The position numbers were made by a program, and so were the translations under genes. A stretch of 64,000 nucleotides of DNA. Origin: Mobula hypostoma. Lineage: Eukaryota. The stretch spans positions 207,702,001 through 207,766,000 of the forward strand of contig NC_086097.1 of the NCBI RefSeq assembly GCF_963921235.1. Direction: 5' to 3'. Below are positions 1 through 12,763 of this stretch, in pieces. Within the stretch, counting starts at the first letter, position 1; each line of letters starts with the position of its first letter. The notes beneath the pieces were generated by a model, which was not told the DNA's origin, made no database searches, and saw only the letters and a program-made list of their open reading frames with translations.

Positions 1-420
1 GCAAATACAAATTGTGGTCTTCCAGTTAGAAAGTTGAAGATCCAATTGAAGAAGGAGGTACAGAGGCCCAGGTTCTGTAGCTTATCGATCAGGACTGTGG
101 GAATGATTGAGCTAAACGCTGAGCTATAGGTGTTTGTATGGTCCAGGTGATCTAAGGCCGTGTGAAGAGCCATAGACCTATTGTGGTGATAGGCAAATTG
201 TAGTATGCCCAGGTTCTTGCTGAGGCAGGAGTTGATTCTAGCCATAACTAACCTCTCAACGAATTTCATCACAGTAGATGTGAGTACTGCTGGACGATAA
301 TCATTAAGGGTACTCACACAACTCTTCTTACGTTCTAGTATAATTGTTGCCCTTTTGAAGCAGGTGGGAACTTCTGACCATAGCAATGACAGGTTGAAAA
401 GGTCCTTGAATACTCCTGCC
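1..420 (-). mobile_element. Rex1/Babar-type LINE reverse transcriptase fragment (degraded)
   Basis: The minus strand reads like the Rex-type RT segment (..NWI.NFLTGRPQ..) and closely resembles the copy at 27757..28220. Confidence 0.65.
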
Positions 421-759
421 AACTCAGACTTTGATTCAAGTACCTCATGATAACTGATCATCTAATTAGTGGTCAATTATTCTTACATTCAATACACCAT
501 AATCAGATGTGAATCGCTGAATAACCGCAATTATTTCTGCTGAAAACATAGAAAGTGTCACATGAAACAAATCTTTATGTGAACAAGTAACAGAAATGCA
601 TTTTATTCAACATAAATGAATGCTTGCTTCAAGTGAATAATTGAAATGGAGAGATCTTGGTGTCTATAAAAGAATTAACAATGCAATTAAACCAGGAGAA
701 CAAAGCGAAGGTATGAGATAGACCTGGCAGGTAAAGTTAAGGAAAATCCCAAGAAAATT

Positions 760-1735
760 CAGTGTTAGGATACTTGTTATTCAATATTTATGTAAATAAT
801 TTTGATGTAAGTGCACAGGGTTGTCAGCAAGGTTACAGATGACACAAAATTAGGAGGTGTTGTTGATAGTGAAGAAGGTTTTTGTGATCTTGATCAGTCA
901 GGGAAGTGCAACAAGGAGTGGAAAATTGACTTCAATACAGAAAAGTCTGAGGTGATGCCTTTTAGAAAGCCAGAATAGAATCTCGCTTCACCCCCACCCC
1001 AGTCCCCACTTTTCCCCTCACCTTCTTTCACCTATCACCTGCTAGCTTGTAGTCCTTCCCCTCTTCCCACCTTTTCATTCTGCCTTATTCCCCCTTGATT
1101 TCCAGTCCTAATAAAGGAACTTGGCCTAAAACTTTGAATATTATTCCTCTCCATAGATGCTCCTGCCCTGCTGAGCTCCTCCAGGATTTTGTGTGCATTG
1201 CCTTGTATTTCCAGTATCTGCAGAATCTTGTGTCCAGTATAGGACTTATACTGTGAGTGGTAGGGCACTGGAGAGTGTAATGGTCCATTGAAACTGGTGC
1301 CACAGATAGACAGTATAGTGAAAAGGGTGTTCAGCATGTTGGCTTTCATCAGTATGGGAGATGGGACATCATGTCTGCAGTTGTAAAAATCACTGGTGAT
1401 GCTCCACTTGGAGTACTGTGTTCAATTTTGGTCATCCTGTTGTAGGAAAGATGTGGTTAAACTAGAAAGAGCGCAGAAAAGACTTACAAAGATGGTGTCA
1501 GGACTAGAAGGCCTGAGTTACAGGGAGTGGTTAGGCAGGCGAGGTCCTTATTTCTTGAACATAGGAGAATGAGGGGGCATTCTTAAAGAAGTGTTTAAAA
1601 TTATGAGAGGCATAGATAAGGTGAATGGTGACAGCCTTGAGGTCTGAGCAAAGGAAATTTCTACTATCTACAGTCTAGGTGGTCGGCATGGACTTATTGG
1701 ACGAAGGGCTTGCACGCCTGCCATATTGTTCTATG
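760..1735 (+). mobile_element. CR1 LINE 3' fragment, interrupted by a PLE tail at ~985..1232
   Basis: CR1 RT C-terminal motifs (ADDTKLGG; HLEYCVQFWS) and CR1 3' UTR remnants. Confidence 0.7.
985..1232 (+). mobile_element. Penelope-like element 3' tail (degenerate hammerhead motif)
   Basis: Pyrimidine tract followed by 'ccatagatgctcctgccctgctgagctcctccagg...tctgcagaatc', the tail family also seen at 3455..4020. Confidence 0.6.
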
Positions 1736-2029
1736 ATGCAATCTGCAGATGTATCTTTTCAATTCTGGTCTCATCACTGCTAATTACCTTCTCTGGTGCT
1801 TCAGTGTCGAAGACTGGGTTATAATGAATGAAGAGTTCTTAATCTCCTTCCAGCCACTAGAGAATATTAAAAAGTATTGGATGCATTACAAAGCTGCACA
1901 GTGTTTGAAAATGCAAGGTGAAACAGAAGAATTATTTGACAAATAAAATATACCAGAAGATTGACATTTAGCATAAGGTGCATTTACAACACAAGTTTAA
2001 AAAGTAAACAGTATAACGCTACTAGTGCT

Positions 2030-2345
2030 TCATACATGATGAGACCTGGGTGATGGCAGGGAGTTCAGTAATCTCGTGGTCTGGAGGAAGAAGCTGTTTC
2101 CCATCCTAACTATCCCTGTCCTAATCCTTGTGGGGTCAAAGATCTTGTAGGATGGATGGGAGGGATCCTTGACCCTAAGGGCCCTTCATACACAGCGCTC
2201 CTGATAAATATCTCGGATGGGTTCCAGAGACCCTCAATGACCCTCTCAGCCGTCCTCTCAATTCTTTGTAGGACCCTGTGGTCAAATGCCTTGCAGTTCC
2301 CACACCAGATGGTGGTGCAGCTGGTCACTGTCAATGGTGCTCTCA
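2030..2345 (-). mobile_element. Rex1/Babar-type LINE C-terminal fragment
   Basis: ORF 2110..2346 'SCTTIWCGNCKAFDHRVLQRIERTAERVI' is typical of the Rex RT C-terminus. Confidence 0.6.
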
Positions 2346-2386
2346 ACTTGAAACCCAGAGGCAGTGGAAACGTTAGTTTTTGAATA

Positions 2387-2863
2387 CGAGGGGTGATTGA
2401 TAAGTTCGTGGCCTAATGTAAACAGAGTCAATTTTAGAAAACCTAACACATTTATTTTTCAACATAGTCCCCTGCTACATTTGCACACTTAGTCCAGCGG
2501 TCGTGGAGCATACGGATCTTAGATCTCCAGAAAGTGTCCACAGCAAGGGTAATTGATATGTCCATGGCCTAAGGTAGAAGGAGATGAGTTATACAGCTCT
2601 CGTTACATGCACATGCAGGTCAACTCTTTGAGTGATTATGCAGAAAGTTTGAAGTTAATAACTCATCTCCTTCTACCTTAGGCCACAAGTTTATCAATCA
2701 GCCCTGCTGTGGACACTTTCTGGAGGTCTAAGATCCGTATGCTCCACGACCGCTGGACTAAGTGTGTAAATGTAGGAGGGGACTATGTTGAAAAATAAAT
2801 GTGCTAGATTTCCTAAAATTGACTCCTCCTACCTTAGGTCTCAAACTTATCAATCACCCCTCA
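2387..2863. mobile_element. Mariner-derived palindromic MITE with TA target-site duplication
   Basis: TA|CGAGGGGTGATTGATAAG ... CTTATCAATCACCCCTCA|TA; inverted arms of ~205 bp; the arm encodes a mariner transposase C-terminus (RMLHDRWTKCVNVGGDYVEK*). Confidence 0.9.
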
Positions 2864-3084
2864 TAGAATGGTAAAATCACTAAGCACAACAAAATAATTT
2901 GCTGTATCAATATAAAATTTCACATGAATAAATTGGTTCATTTGTTCAGTAGAATCTACTGAATGAACTAGTACAATATTTGATGAGAACGTTCAGTATG
3001 TAGCATGCATAAAAACAAAATATATCATCATTGAAAAGAAATATTAAACATTTATGAATAAACATTTAAGAAATATTAAACATC

Positions 3085-3184
3085 TAGTCCTGACGAAGGG
3101 TCTCGGCCTGAAACGTCGACTGTACCTCTTCCTAGAGATGCTGCCTGGCCTGCTGCGTTCACCAGCAACTTTGATGTGTGTTGC
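3085..3184 (+). mobile_element. Short PLE terminal-repeat copy (ribozyme motif plus tail)
   Basis: Matches the reverse complement of 3500..3595 with about 3 mismatches; flanked by AAACAT on both sides (possible TSD). Confidence 0.75.
3086..3121 (+). ncRNA. Minimal type I hammerhead ribozyme motif (PLE-associated, dimer type)
   Basis: AGTC-CTGACGA-AGGGTCTCGGCCT-GAAA-C-GTC^GACT: core boxes CUGANGA and GAAA, GUC triplet, stem I AGTC/GACT, stem II AGG/CCT, stem III reduced to palindromic ACGT. Confidence 0.75.
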
Positions 3185-3454
3185 AAACATTTATGTTATT
3201 GATTTTCCTCATTAGCTCCAGTAAACCCAAAATTTTCGACTCATCACTAACTTCAGTTTTTATCAAGTTACTATGAAACTTCTATGCGGCCTTTAAAGTT
3301 ATGTAATGTATTGCCCTTATTCTGGGACCAAATGTTCTACCGTTTTCCCTTTGATAAGGAAAGAAATAATACTGAAATTTGCTGTTTTAAAGATACATGA
3401 ATGAGAAAGAATCTGTCGTTCCACATTAAAAGGCATAAAAAGCTATTATAGTAA

Positions 3455-4020
3455 ATAATCTCGCAAACATGAGGAATTCTGCAGACGTTGGAAATTCAAG
3501 CCACACACATCAAAGTTGCTGGTGAACGCAGCAGGCCAGGCAGCATCTCTAGGAAGAGGTATAGTCGACGTTTCAGACCGAGACCCTTCGTCAGGAGTAG
3601 CTGAAGGAAGAGTTAGTAAAAAATTTGAAAGTGGGAGGGGGAGGGGGAGATCCAAAATGATGGGAGAAGACAGGAGGGGGAGGGATGGAGCCAAGAGCTG
3701 GACAGGTGGTTGGCAAAAGGGATATGAGAGGATCATGGGACAGGAGGCCCAGGGAGAAGGAAAACGGGGGACCCAGAGGTTGGACAAGGGGTATAGTCAG
3801 AGATACAGATGGAAAAAAAGGAGAGTGAGAGAAAGTATGTGTGTATATAAATAAATAACGGATAGGGTACGAGGGGGAGGTGGGGCATTAGCGGAAGTTA
3901 GAGAAGTCAATGTTCATGCCATCAGGTTGGAGGCTACCCAAATGGAATATAAGGTGTTGTTCCTCCAACCTGAGTGTGGCTTCATCTTTACAGTAGAGGA
4001 GGCCGTGGATAGACATGTCA
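3455..4020 (-). mobile_element. Penelope-like element 3' end (GIY-YIG C-terminus, 3' UTR, hammerhead motif at 3563..3596)
   Basis: Minus strand 4019..3890 encodes DMSIHGLLYCKDEATLRLEEQHLIFHLGSLQPDGMNIDFSNFR*, followed by a pyrimidine-rich UTR and CTGACGA..GAAACGTC. Confidence 0.8.
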
Positions 4021-4699
4021 CTGAATTTATAGCATACTTTTTAAATGAATAATACAACATCTGGCAGGATTTTTTTCTGTCACAGTTTGTTCAAAATCAT
4101 CTAATATGGATAATATATTTTTCTCAACAATGTGCATGGAAACTTACAATATTTCTTTCATTACAAATTGCAGCAATAATGGAATGTCAGTTTTCAATCT
4201 ACATTCAGATCACTTGCAATAACCGTCATTTAACTGTGCTATCACAAATCTGGGACGTTAGATCACTCTTCTTAATAAGAATAATCCTTTGTTCTCCAGA
4301 CTCGAATGCATTTCAGTTATCTATCATACATACTGGATTATGACTTATATGGCGGTATTGATTTTCCAGTTGCTAAATGCAATATACTTTTAATGTCAGA
4401 GTGTATTGTTGGGTTTTAACTGAATTATTTGTTTCTCAGTGTTATCATTATTCAGCTTTATATTTCGTCATTCCATGTGTATTAAAATACACATATGCAA
4501 ATACACATAATACAAATGCAATTAAAACTATACTATTTTAATTGAGACAAACGGGCATTAATGAGCACTGCAGAAGTGGCCAAGATTCCCAAGGCAGCTG
4601 ATGTACTAAGTCATCAATGTCTGGGCATATTACCTCAAAATTTGACCTTTACTTAGAGCTTCCAACATATCTCTTGTTCACAGGTATGAGGTTGTGTGA

Positions 4700-4862
4700 G
4701 ACTAGAACTAGAGGTCATGAGTTGAGTGTTTAAAGTGAAATGGTTAAGGGGAACATGAAGGGAAACTTCTTCACTCAGACAGTGCTGACTGTGTGGAACG
4801 ACCACGAGTGAAAGTGCTAGATGTGGGTTCGATTTCAACGTTTAAGAATAATTTGGATAGGT
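4700..4862 (+). mobile_element. CR1 3' fragment
   Basis: 'agaactagaggtcat...gggaaacttcttcactcagacagtg...atttggatag' matches the CR1 ORF2 end. Confidence 0.55.
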
Positions 4863-5330
4863 TCAACGTAATTCATTATCAAAACGCAAATATGTTACCA
4901 TATACAACCCTGAGCTTCATTTTCTTGTGGGCATTTACAGTAAGTACAAATGAACATGAAAGAATCATTGAGGGACTGCACACAACAAAGATGGACAAAC
5001 AACCGATGCACAAAAACAACAAAGTTGTGCAAATACAAAAAATAAAATAATAATAATAATAATATGCTGATTGTTCAGCATGTCCAACAATGATGGAAAA
5101 CCTGTGCTGGCAAATCTTAGAAGTGGAAAAGCCGTTACACTGGTGCATGATTTGTATGATTTGTGGTTTTTTTCTCTCTTTCTCTGTGTGCATTGGGGGA
5201 TGGTCTTTATTTTTTTAATTGGTTTCTTTCAGGTTTCTTGCGTTGTGGCTGCCTGTAAGCAAACAAATCTCAAGGTTCTACAGTATATACATTCTTTGAT
5301 ACTGAGTGTACTTTGAATCTTGAATCTTGA
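4862..5330. mobile_element. Two divergently oriented Rex/SINE-type 3' tails (4862..5060 minus; 5145..5330 plus)
   Basis: Both end in the 'ctttgata..t..a.tttgaa' type terminus; the plus copy ends in a (ttgaatc)n tail. Confidence 0.45.
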
Positions 5331-6023
5331 AGTTTAAACGAATAAGCATCAGATAGTATTCAAGCTTATTAAAAACAAATCTTGATCATAAAGCAATACC
5401 TTTGTAAACCAGCTCCAAGCAACAGTTTCTCCTTGTTTACTCCAACACAATCATTTCATCACATTTCTTCTTCAACCTCAGATCTGAAGAGAACATTTTG
5501 AACCCATCCAGACTCCTGATGCATGTAAAGAACGCTTTCCCTAGTAGCCAGAGGCCATCTTTAACCAATCCATTTTATTTATTGGTAGGTTTACTATTTA
5601 TTACCAGTGTGTTGGGTTGAATTTTTACACTACCAGGACAAGAAACTGATAATATTTTTTAAATAAATTTCTGATCGTTGTTTCCATTGGCTTTGTGAAA
5701 ACAAGGCAGTGTTTGCTTTGAGAAGCTGATCTAAATGCTCAGTTCTAAAGCCAGGAATCCAAGTTGGAAATCTGCTTTTATTAATGCTTTCCAGAATTAG
5801 TAATGTTTGTTTATAACTCTCCCTGCCTCTAAACTGCAAGTAATAGGAATTTGTGCAGATTTTGAGATTCAAATTTTGTACTGGACATGATGTTCTGAGC
5901 CTGGAGGTAAGATTATTGCAATTAAAATGAAAAAGGAAAAGAGTAAGTTCAAAGATGGAATGGACCAAGGCAGTAAAGTACTTTTGCAGAGTTTTCTGAT
6001 GAGGTTAAATATACAGGATTTTA

Positions 6024-7975
6024 TTTAGAAACATAGAAAACCTACAGCACAATACAGGTCCTTCGGCCCACAAAGCTGTGCCAAACATGTCCCTACCTTA
6101 GAACTACCTAGGCTAACCCATAGCCCTCTATTTTTCTAAGCTCCATGTATCCATCCAGGAGACTCGTAGAAGACCCTATTGTTTCCGCCTCCACCACCGC
6201 TGCCGGCAGCCCATTCCATGCACTCACCACTCTCTGTGTAAAAAACTTACTCCTGGCATCTGCTCTGTACCTGCTTCCAAGCACCTTAAAACTATGCCCT
6301 CTCGTGCCAGCCATTTCAGTCCTGGGAAAAAGCCTCTGACTATCCACATGATCAATGCCTCTCATCATCCTATACACCTCTATCAGGTCACCTCTCATCT
6401 GCCGTCACTTCAAGGAGAAAAGGCCGAGTTCACTCAATCTTTTCTCATAAGGCATGCTCCCCTATCCAGGCAACATCCTTGTAAATTTACTCTGCACCAT
6501 TTCTATGGTTTCCACGTCCTTCCTGTAGTGAGGAAACCAGAATTGAGCTCCTAGTACTCCTAGTGGGCTCTGACCAGGGTCCTATATAGCTGCACATTAC
6601 CTCTTGGCTCTTAAACTCAGTCCCATGATCGATGAAAACCAATGAACTGTATGCCTTCTTAACCACAGAGTCAACTTGCGTAGCAGCTTTGAGTGTCCTA
6701 TGGACTCAGACCCCAAGATCCCTCTGATCCTCCACACTGCCAAGAGTCTTGCCATTAATGCTATATTCTGCCATCGTATTTGACCTACCAAAATGAACCA
6801 TCTCACACTTATCTGGGTTGAACTCCATCTGCCACTTCTCAGCCCAGTTTTGCATCCTATCAATGTCCCGCTGTAACCTCTGACAGCCCTCCACACTATC
6901 CACAACACCCCCAACCTTTGTGCCATCAGCAAATTTACTAACCCAATCCTCCACTTCCTCATCCAAGTCATTTATAAAATTCACAAAGAGTAAGAGGTCC
7001 CAGAACAGATCCCTCAGGCACACCACTAGTCAGCGGCCTCCATGCAGAATATGAACTGTCTACAACCACACTTTGCCTTCTGTGGGCAAGCCAGTTCTGG
7101 ATCCACAAAGCAATATCCCCTTGGATTCCATGCCTCCTTACTTTCTCAATACGCCTTGCACGGGGTACCTTATCAAATGCCTTGCTAAAATCCATATACA
7201 CTACACCTACGGCTCTACCTTCATCAATGTGTTTAGTCACATCCTCAAACAATGCAATCAGGCTCATAAGGCATGATCTGCCTTTGACAAAGCCATGCTG
7301 ACTATTCCTAATCATATTATGCCTCTCCAAATGTTCATAAATCCTGCCTCTCAGGATCTTCTCCATCAACTTACCAACCACTGAAGTAAGACTCAATGGC
7401 CTATAATTTCCTGGGCTATCCCTACTCCCTTTCTTGAATAAGGGAACAACATCCACAACCCTCCAATCCTCTGGAACCTCTCCCATCTTCATTGATGCAA
7501 AGATCATCGCCAGAGGCTCAGCAATCTCCTCCCTCACTTCCCACAGTAGCCTGGGGTACATCCTGTCCAGTCCCTGTGACTTAACCAACTTGATGCTTTC
7601 CAAAAGCTCCAGCACATCCTCTTCCTTAATATCTACATGCTCAAGCTTTTCAGTCCACTGTAAGTCATCCCTACAATCGCCAAGATCCTTTTCCGTAGTG
7701 AATACTGAAGCAAGGTATTCATTAAGTACCTCTGCTATCTCCTCCAGTTCCATACACACTTTTTTCACTGTCACACTTGATTGGTCCTATTCTCTCACGT
7801 CTTATCCTCTTGCTCTTCACATACTTGTAGAACGCCTTGGGGTTTTCCTTAATCCTGTCCACCAAGGCCTTCTCATGGCCCCTTCTGGCTCTTCTAATTT
7901 CATTCTTAAGCTCCTTCCTGCTAGCCTTATAATCTTCTAGATCTCTATCACTACCTAGTTTTTTGAACCTTTCTT
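6024..7975 (-). mobile_element. CR1 (HER1-like) LINE, 5'-truncated, RT largely readable but frameshifted
   Basis: ORFs 6968..7774, 6706..7026 and 6108..6398 contain PGNYRPLSLTS, QHGF, YMDFSKAFDKV, SGVP.GSVLGP and KFADGTKVGG; 3' tail (ttctatgt)n. Confidence 0.95.
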
Positions 7976-8044
7976 ACCAAATTATATGTAATATTTCTAT
8001 GGCTGAGATTTTTCATGCAAAACTGACTATTGTAAATTGCTGAA

Positions 8045-8165
8045 GTCGTGCCTGACTTGTTGAGTTCCTCCAGTACTTTGTGAGGTAGCCTCCAACCTGT
8101 GGACATGAACATCGATTTCTCTAGCCTCCGTTAATTTCTCCCCCACACTCTTTCCTCTTATTTTT
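8045..8165 (+). mobile_element. PLE fragments (tail plus endonuclease end)
   Basis: 'cctgacttgttgagttcctccag' followed by 'gtagcctccaacct..atgaacatcgatttctct'. Confidence 0.5.
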
Positions 8166-8699
8166 AGATTCATCGTGAGGGTTATTGTTACAAACCACTA
8201 ATTAAGTTTTGAAAATAGACTTTCAAAAAGGGATTCAGCTATTCGGAAAATTCAAGAAATGAGTCATCACTAGTTGAAGATGGTGTGACAAGTACCCAGA
8301 CTTCAAGGGATGATAGCCAGCTGCAAGGCAAGCTATTTCAGCCAAAGAGCTGATGGGAATGACAGGACTGTCACATTATGTAGGTCTTTATATGTTCAAG
8401 ATTAAAAGTGATTTCTATTTGAAAACTTTAGTAAAGGGAGATTCACTTTGTATAACGCGTACAGTACATTATGAATTTGGTGCAAATTCATAGTACAAAT
8501 ATACCTGTAAGAATCTAGATACTGTAGCTATTTGGTATGATTTTGATAAATTATTGTACCAAGCAGGGATAATAACAGGGATTTTATTAATGAATCTATC
8601 AGATAATGCAAGCAGCAACACAATGCTTCAGTATAACTATAACTACAACACTTCATATAACTATTCAAATAAATCAGAATTATTAAAGCAGGTTTAGAG

Positions 8700-9340
8700 T
8701 CAAAGAATCATAGAGCACTGCAGCACAGAAACAGTTCCTTTGGCATTTGTAGTCCAGTCCAAACTGTTATTCTGACTAGTCCCATCAACCCTCACCTGGA
8801 CCATGGCCCTCCATTCCACTCACTTACTTATCCAAACTTCTTAAATGTTGCAATCTGCTGGCAGTTCTTCCCTCTGAGTGAAGTTGGTCCCCATAAGTAT
8901 TTCACTTTTCATCCTTAACCTATTTCCTCTAGTTCTCATCTCACCCAACCTCAGTGGAAAAAACTGCTTGCATTTACCCTGTCTGTACCCCTCATAATTT
9001 AGCATATCTCTGCCAAATCTCCCCTCATTTCCCAAAGCTCTAGGGAATAAAGTACTAATGTTTTCAACCTTTCCTTATAACTCCAGTCCTCAAATCTCAT
9101 CAATATCCTCGTAAATCCTCTCTGTGTTCTTTCAATCTTATTTATATCTTTCCTGTGTTCAGGTGACCAGAACTGTACACAATACTCCAAATTGAGGCTC
9201 ACCAACATCTGATACAATTTCAACATGGAATCACAGTTCCTATACTCAATACTCTGATTCATGAAAGCCAGTGTGCCAAACACTCTCCTTAGACACTATC
9301 TACCAGTAAGCTCTCTTTATAAACCTATCCACCCATGACT
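8700..9340 (-). mobile_element. CR1 LINE 3' fragment
   Basis: ORF 8999..9283 LEYCVQFWSP..RKDINKIER.QR.FTR and a CR1 3' UTR. Confidence 0.85.
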
Positions 9341-9694
9341 AGATGTTTCTTCAATGAGTGCTCAAAGAAATTAACTTTCTGAGATGAAGCTGAATCCTAT
9401 GGATACTATCAGAAATCTACTGCATATAAGTGTCTTATTCCATGGCTTTTGTTTTAATTGTAAACTCGAAATGAAAAGTTTCTGTTTAGACAAGTAGCTA
9501 GATGAAGGAATACATTCTTGTAAAAATATTGCAAAATGCAGATTTTCTTCCTTTATGCCCAGAATAAACCATAAATACTGAAACTGTATCTTAACAAAAT
9601 TAGCTATAAACTTTTAAGTTGCACTAAATCCAAACAAGTTAAGGGGTGGCTCGTGAAGTTGCGTGGCATTCCCTCAGGAGTGTATCAGACAGGG

Positions 9695-9815
9695 CAAAAA
9701 ATGCAGACACTGGAAATCTGCAGTAAAAGTAGAATATACTGGAGTAACTTAATAGCTCAGGCAGCAACTGTCGAGGAAGAAACAGCTGACATTTCAGTTG
9801 AAAATCTTTCCTCAG
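9695..9815 (-). mobile_element. Degenerate PLE tail
   Basis: Reverse complement reads CTGAGGA..GAAATGTCAGCTG followed by the tail family sequence. Confidence 0.45.
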
Positions 9816-10311
9816 TTGTGATGGGGTCAGATAGTGTGTTGGAGTGGACATGTTGCTGAAGTCTCACAAAAATGAATTGAACTGTCTGGCTTGACTGTTT
9901 AAATTGTTATTCTCTTGAGGAAGTAGTATGTATTATCAAATATACACTTAACAATTAACTTAGTCCAATCTATTATATTTTCTAAATTGGATAATGTGTA
10001 TCCAAAAAATGAAATTAGCATGCTATCTTTTATGCTACCCACTAAAATTATATGTAAGAAGTGCTGAATAGAACTTCACGATGTATGTAGTACATTTATT
10101 TTTTTAGTTAATCTATTTGTATTATGTTGCATAGGCAACAGGAGAGATATAAAACCTCCTTGTCAATGATAATAAGTAAAAAAATTTATATTTTTGTATA
10201 CTTTCTGATGAGCTTCTCAAATAGAGAGAATCCTTATCATCCATATTCAGATGATGTATAATTGCATTTGGAAAGGTCTACTTGGCCTTGCAATTTAGTT
10301 AGCTTTGTTCA

Positions 10312-10898
10312 ATACTTTACTTTATACTTTATTGTCGCCAGACAATTGATACTAGAACGTACAATTATCACAGCGATATTTGATTCTGCGCTTCCCGCTT
10401 CCCGGATTACAAATCGATAGTAAATATTAAAAATTTTAATTGTAAATCATAAATAGAAAATAGAAAAATTGAAAGAAAGGCAGTGCAAAAAAAAACCGAG
10501 ATGCTGGTCCGGATATTTGGAGGGTACGGCCCAGATCCGGGTCAGGATCTGTTCAGCAGTCTTATCACAGTTGGAAAGAAGCTGTTCCCAAATCTGGCCG
10601 TATGAGTCTTCAAGCTCCTGAACCTTCTCTCAGAGGGAAGAGGGATGAAAAGTGTGTTGGCTAGGTGGGTCGTGTCCTTGATTATCCTGGCAGCACTGCT
10701 CCAACAGCGTGCGGTATAAAATGAGTCCAATGGCGGAAGATTGGTTTGTGTGATGTGCTGCGCCATGTTCACGATCTTCTGCAGCTTCTTCCCGTCTTGG
10801 ACATGACAACTTTCATACCAGGTTGTGATGCACCCTAGAAGAATGCTTTTTACGGTGCATCTATAAAAATTAGTGAGGGTTTTAGGAGACAGGCCAAA
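10312..10898 (-). mobile_element. Rex1/Babar-type LINE 3' end
   Basis: ORF 10542..10772 (IIKDTTH..LF.PLPS.RRFRS....TARF.NSFFPT.IRLLN) plus 3' UTR. Confidence 0.85.
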
Positions 10899-10959
10899 TA
10901 TGTTTTCTACCTAAAATTAAAGTGGTACATATCCCTAAAACTGAAGTTAATGGACATCC

Positions 10960-12620
10960 AAGGAAAATATCCCAGTGTTTGGAATCATACCATGAATAAA
11001 GGATGATAGTGTAGATACAGGAGATCAACTATTCCAGCCCTAGACCATTTTTGTAGAATTCCTCAGAGCAGTGACATTGATGTCCTAATGGTCACATTTT
11101 ACCAGAAACTCAATTGGACCAGCCACTATGTGAAGAAGAAAAGTTCAAGCATTAGGTTTTCCATAGTAAATGACTCATCTTCTAATACTCCAGAGTCTTT
11201 CTACCATCTACAAGACAGATGTCAAAAGTGTGATGGAATGTTCTCCATTTGCCTGAATGATTGCAGTTCCAACATGTTTCAGGAATATCCACAATAAAGT
11301 AGTCCACCTTATTAGAAGCCTATACATCACTCTAAATACTCATATCCTCCACCACCACTGCTGCATTTGACTACAATAGGTATCATCTACCAAGCAGAAA
11401 GTTGTTACTCCCCTAACTTCTCCAAGTTTCTCCAAGAGAAAGTTTTGACTGTGAGATAATTTTGATATGTTCACGGTTGGTTCGGCCCAGGGATACTGCT
11501 TTAGCTGCTCCTAAAATAGTAGCAGAATTTTTAGTGGAAGGCCCTGCACTGCACAGAAACAACGCAGTTATTCATGCATAGGATTTTTGAAGATGCCTAC
11601 ATGAGGGAATCTGTTCAAGGCAAAATCAAATTTATCGTGTAGGCATCTAATGAGCAAAGACAGCTTGCCCAAGGGAAATTTCAGGCCTTATCTATCATTG
11701 AAGTCTTATTAGACTCAACAAGGTAGATGTAAGACTGCAGTATTTGCAACCAGAGGCTCATCATTTTCACAATGTAAGGGGACAGAGATGTAAAAACATT
11801 TCCTCACCCAGAAACCACTCACCTTTGCAGTTTAGAAAATTGATACATGATGTGTTTGAAACATATACAATCCTTAGGGGCACATCAGAACAGATGTTGA
11901 GATGCTTCCAGGAGTGGGAGAACATTGAACAAGGTGATATTCAGTAGTTGCAAGATTAGGAGTAGTCATTTAAAGCTGAAAATTAAGGTACATGGGAACT
12001 TCTTTCTGCAGAGTGCGGGGAATCTCTTGAAGCCTCTATCCCAGTGTATTGTGGCAGCTACATCACAGGGATATTTGAAAAGGAAGGAGATGATTTTTGA
12101 AAGATCAAAGAATTGAAGGTGGTACAGAAGTGGAGATCAGTCAATGTTATAATGAAAGGCAGGGCAGGCTTAAGGGCCTGCTTCTATTTTTTTATGCTCT
12201 TGAGTTACAGAACATAGAACAGTATAGTAATGTGCAGACCCTTTGGCCCATGATGTTGTGCTAACCTTTTAATATATTCTAACTTCCATCTAACCATTCC
12301 TTCCTACGTAGCCCTCCATTTTTCTATTATCCATGTGTCTATGTAAGAGTCTCTTCAATGTCCCTAATGTATCTGCCTCTTCCCCAACCCCGGGCCGGGC
12401 ATTCCACACACCCACCTGAGTCTTGAATCTGTGGCCTTCTACTGTCATGAGAGCAGCTGAGACTCAGTCACTGAGTACGTTTAAGGCAGGTAGTCTTGAT
12501 TTTTCAACCTTAAGTGATCAACAGATATAGGGCTGGTTCAGGAAAGTGGCACAGAGTCAAAAGGTAAAACACGATCTTGTGAAATGTCAGAGTGGGCATG
12601 AGGAGACAGATAATTTACCG
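10960..12620. mobile_element. Cluster of old CR1-type fragments in mixed orientation
   Basis: Degraded motifs 'gaacttctttctgcagagtgcggggaatctc'; a HER1 tail 'agaacatagaacagta' at ~12207 (minus). Confidence 0.45.
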
Positions 12621-12763
12621 CTGCTTCAATTTGCTATTCCATATTACAATATTCTAAGACTTACATGGTATTCTTTATAGTTGGCTATACCAAGTTATTC
12701 CAATTAATTTCCTCCACCCATCTTCTCCAGATTCTGCTTCTATTTCTCAAATGCTTCATGAAG

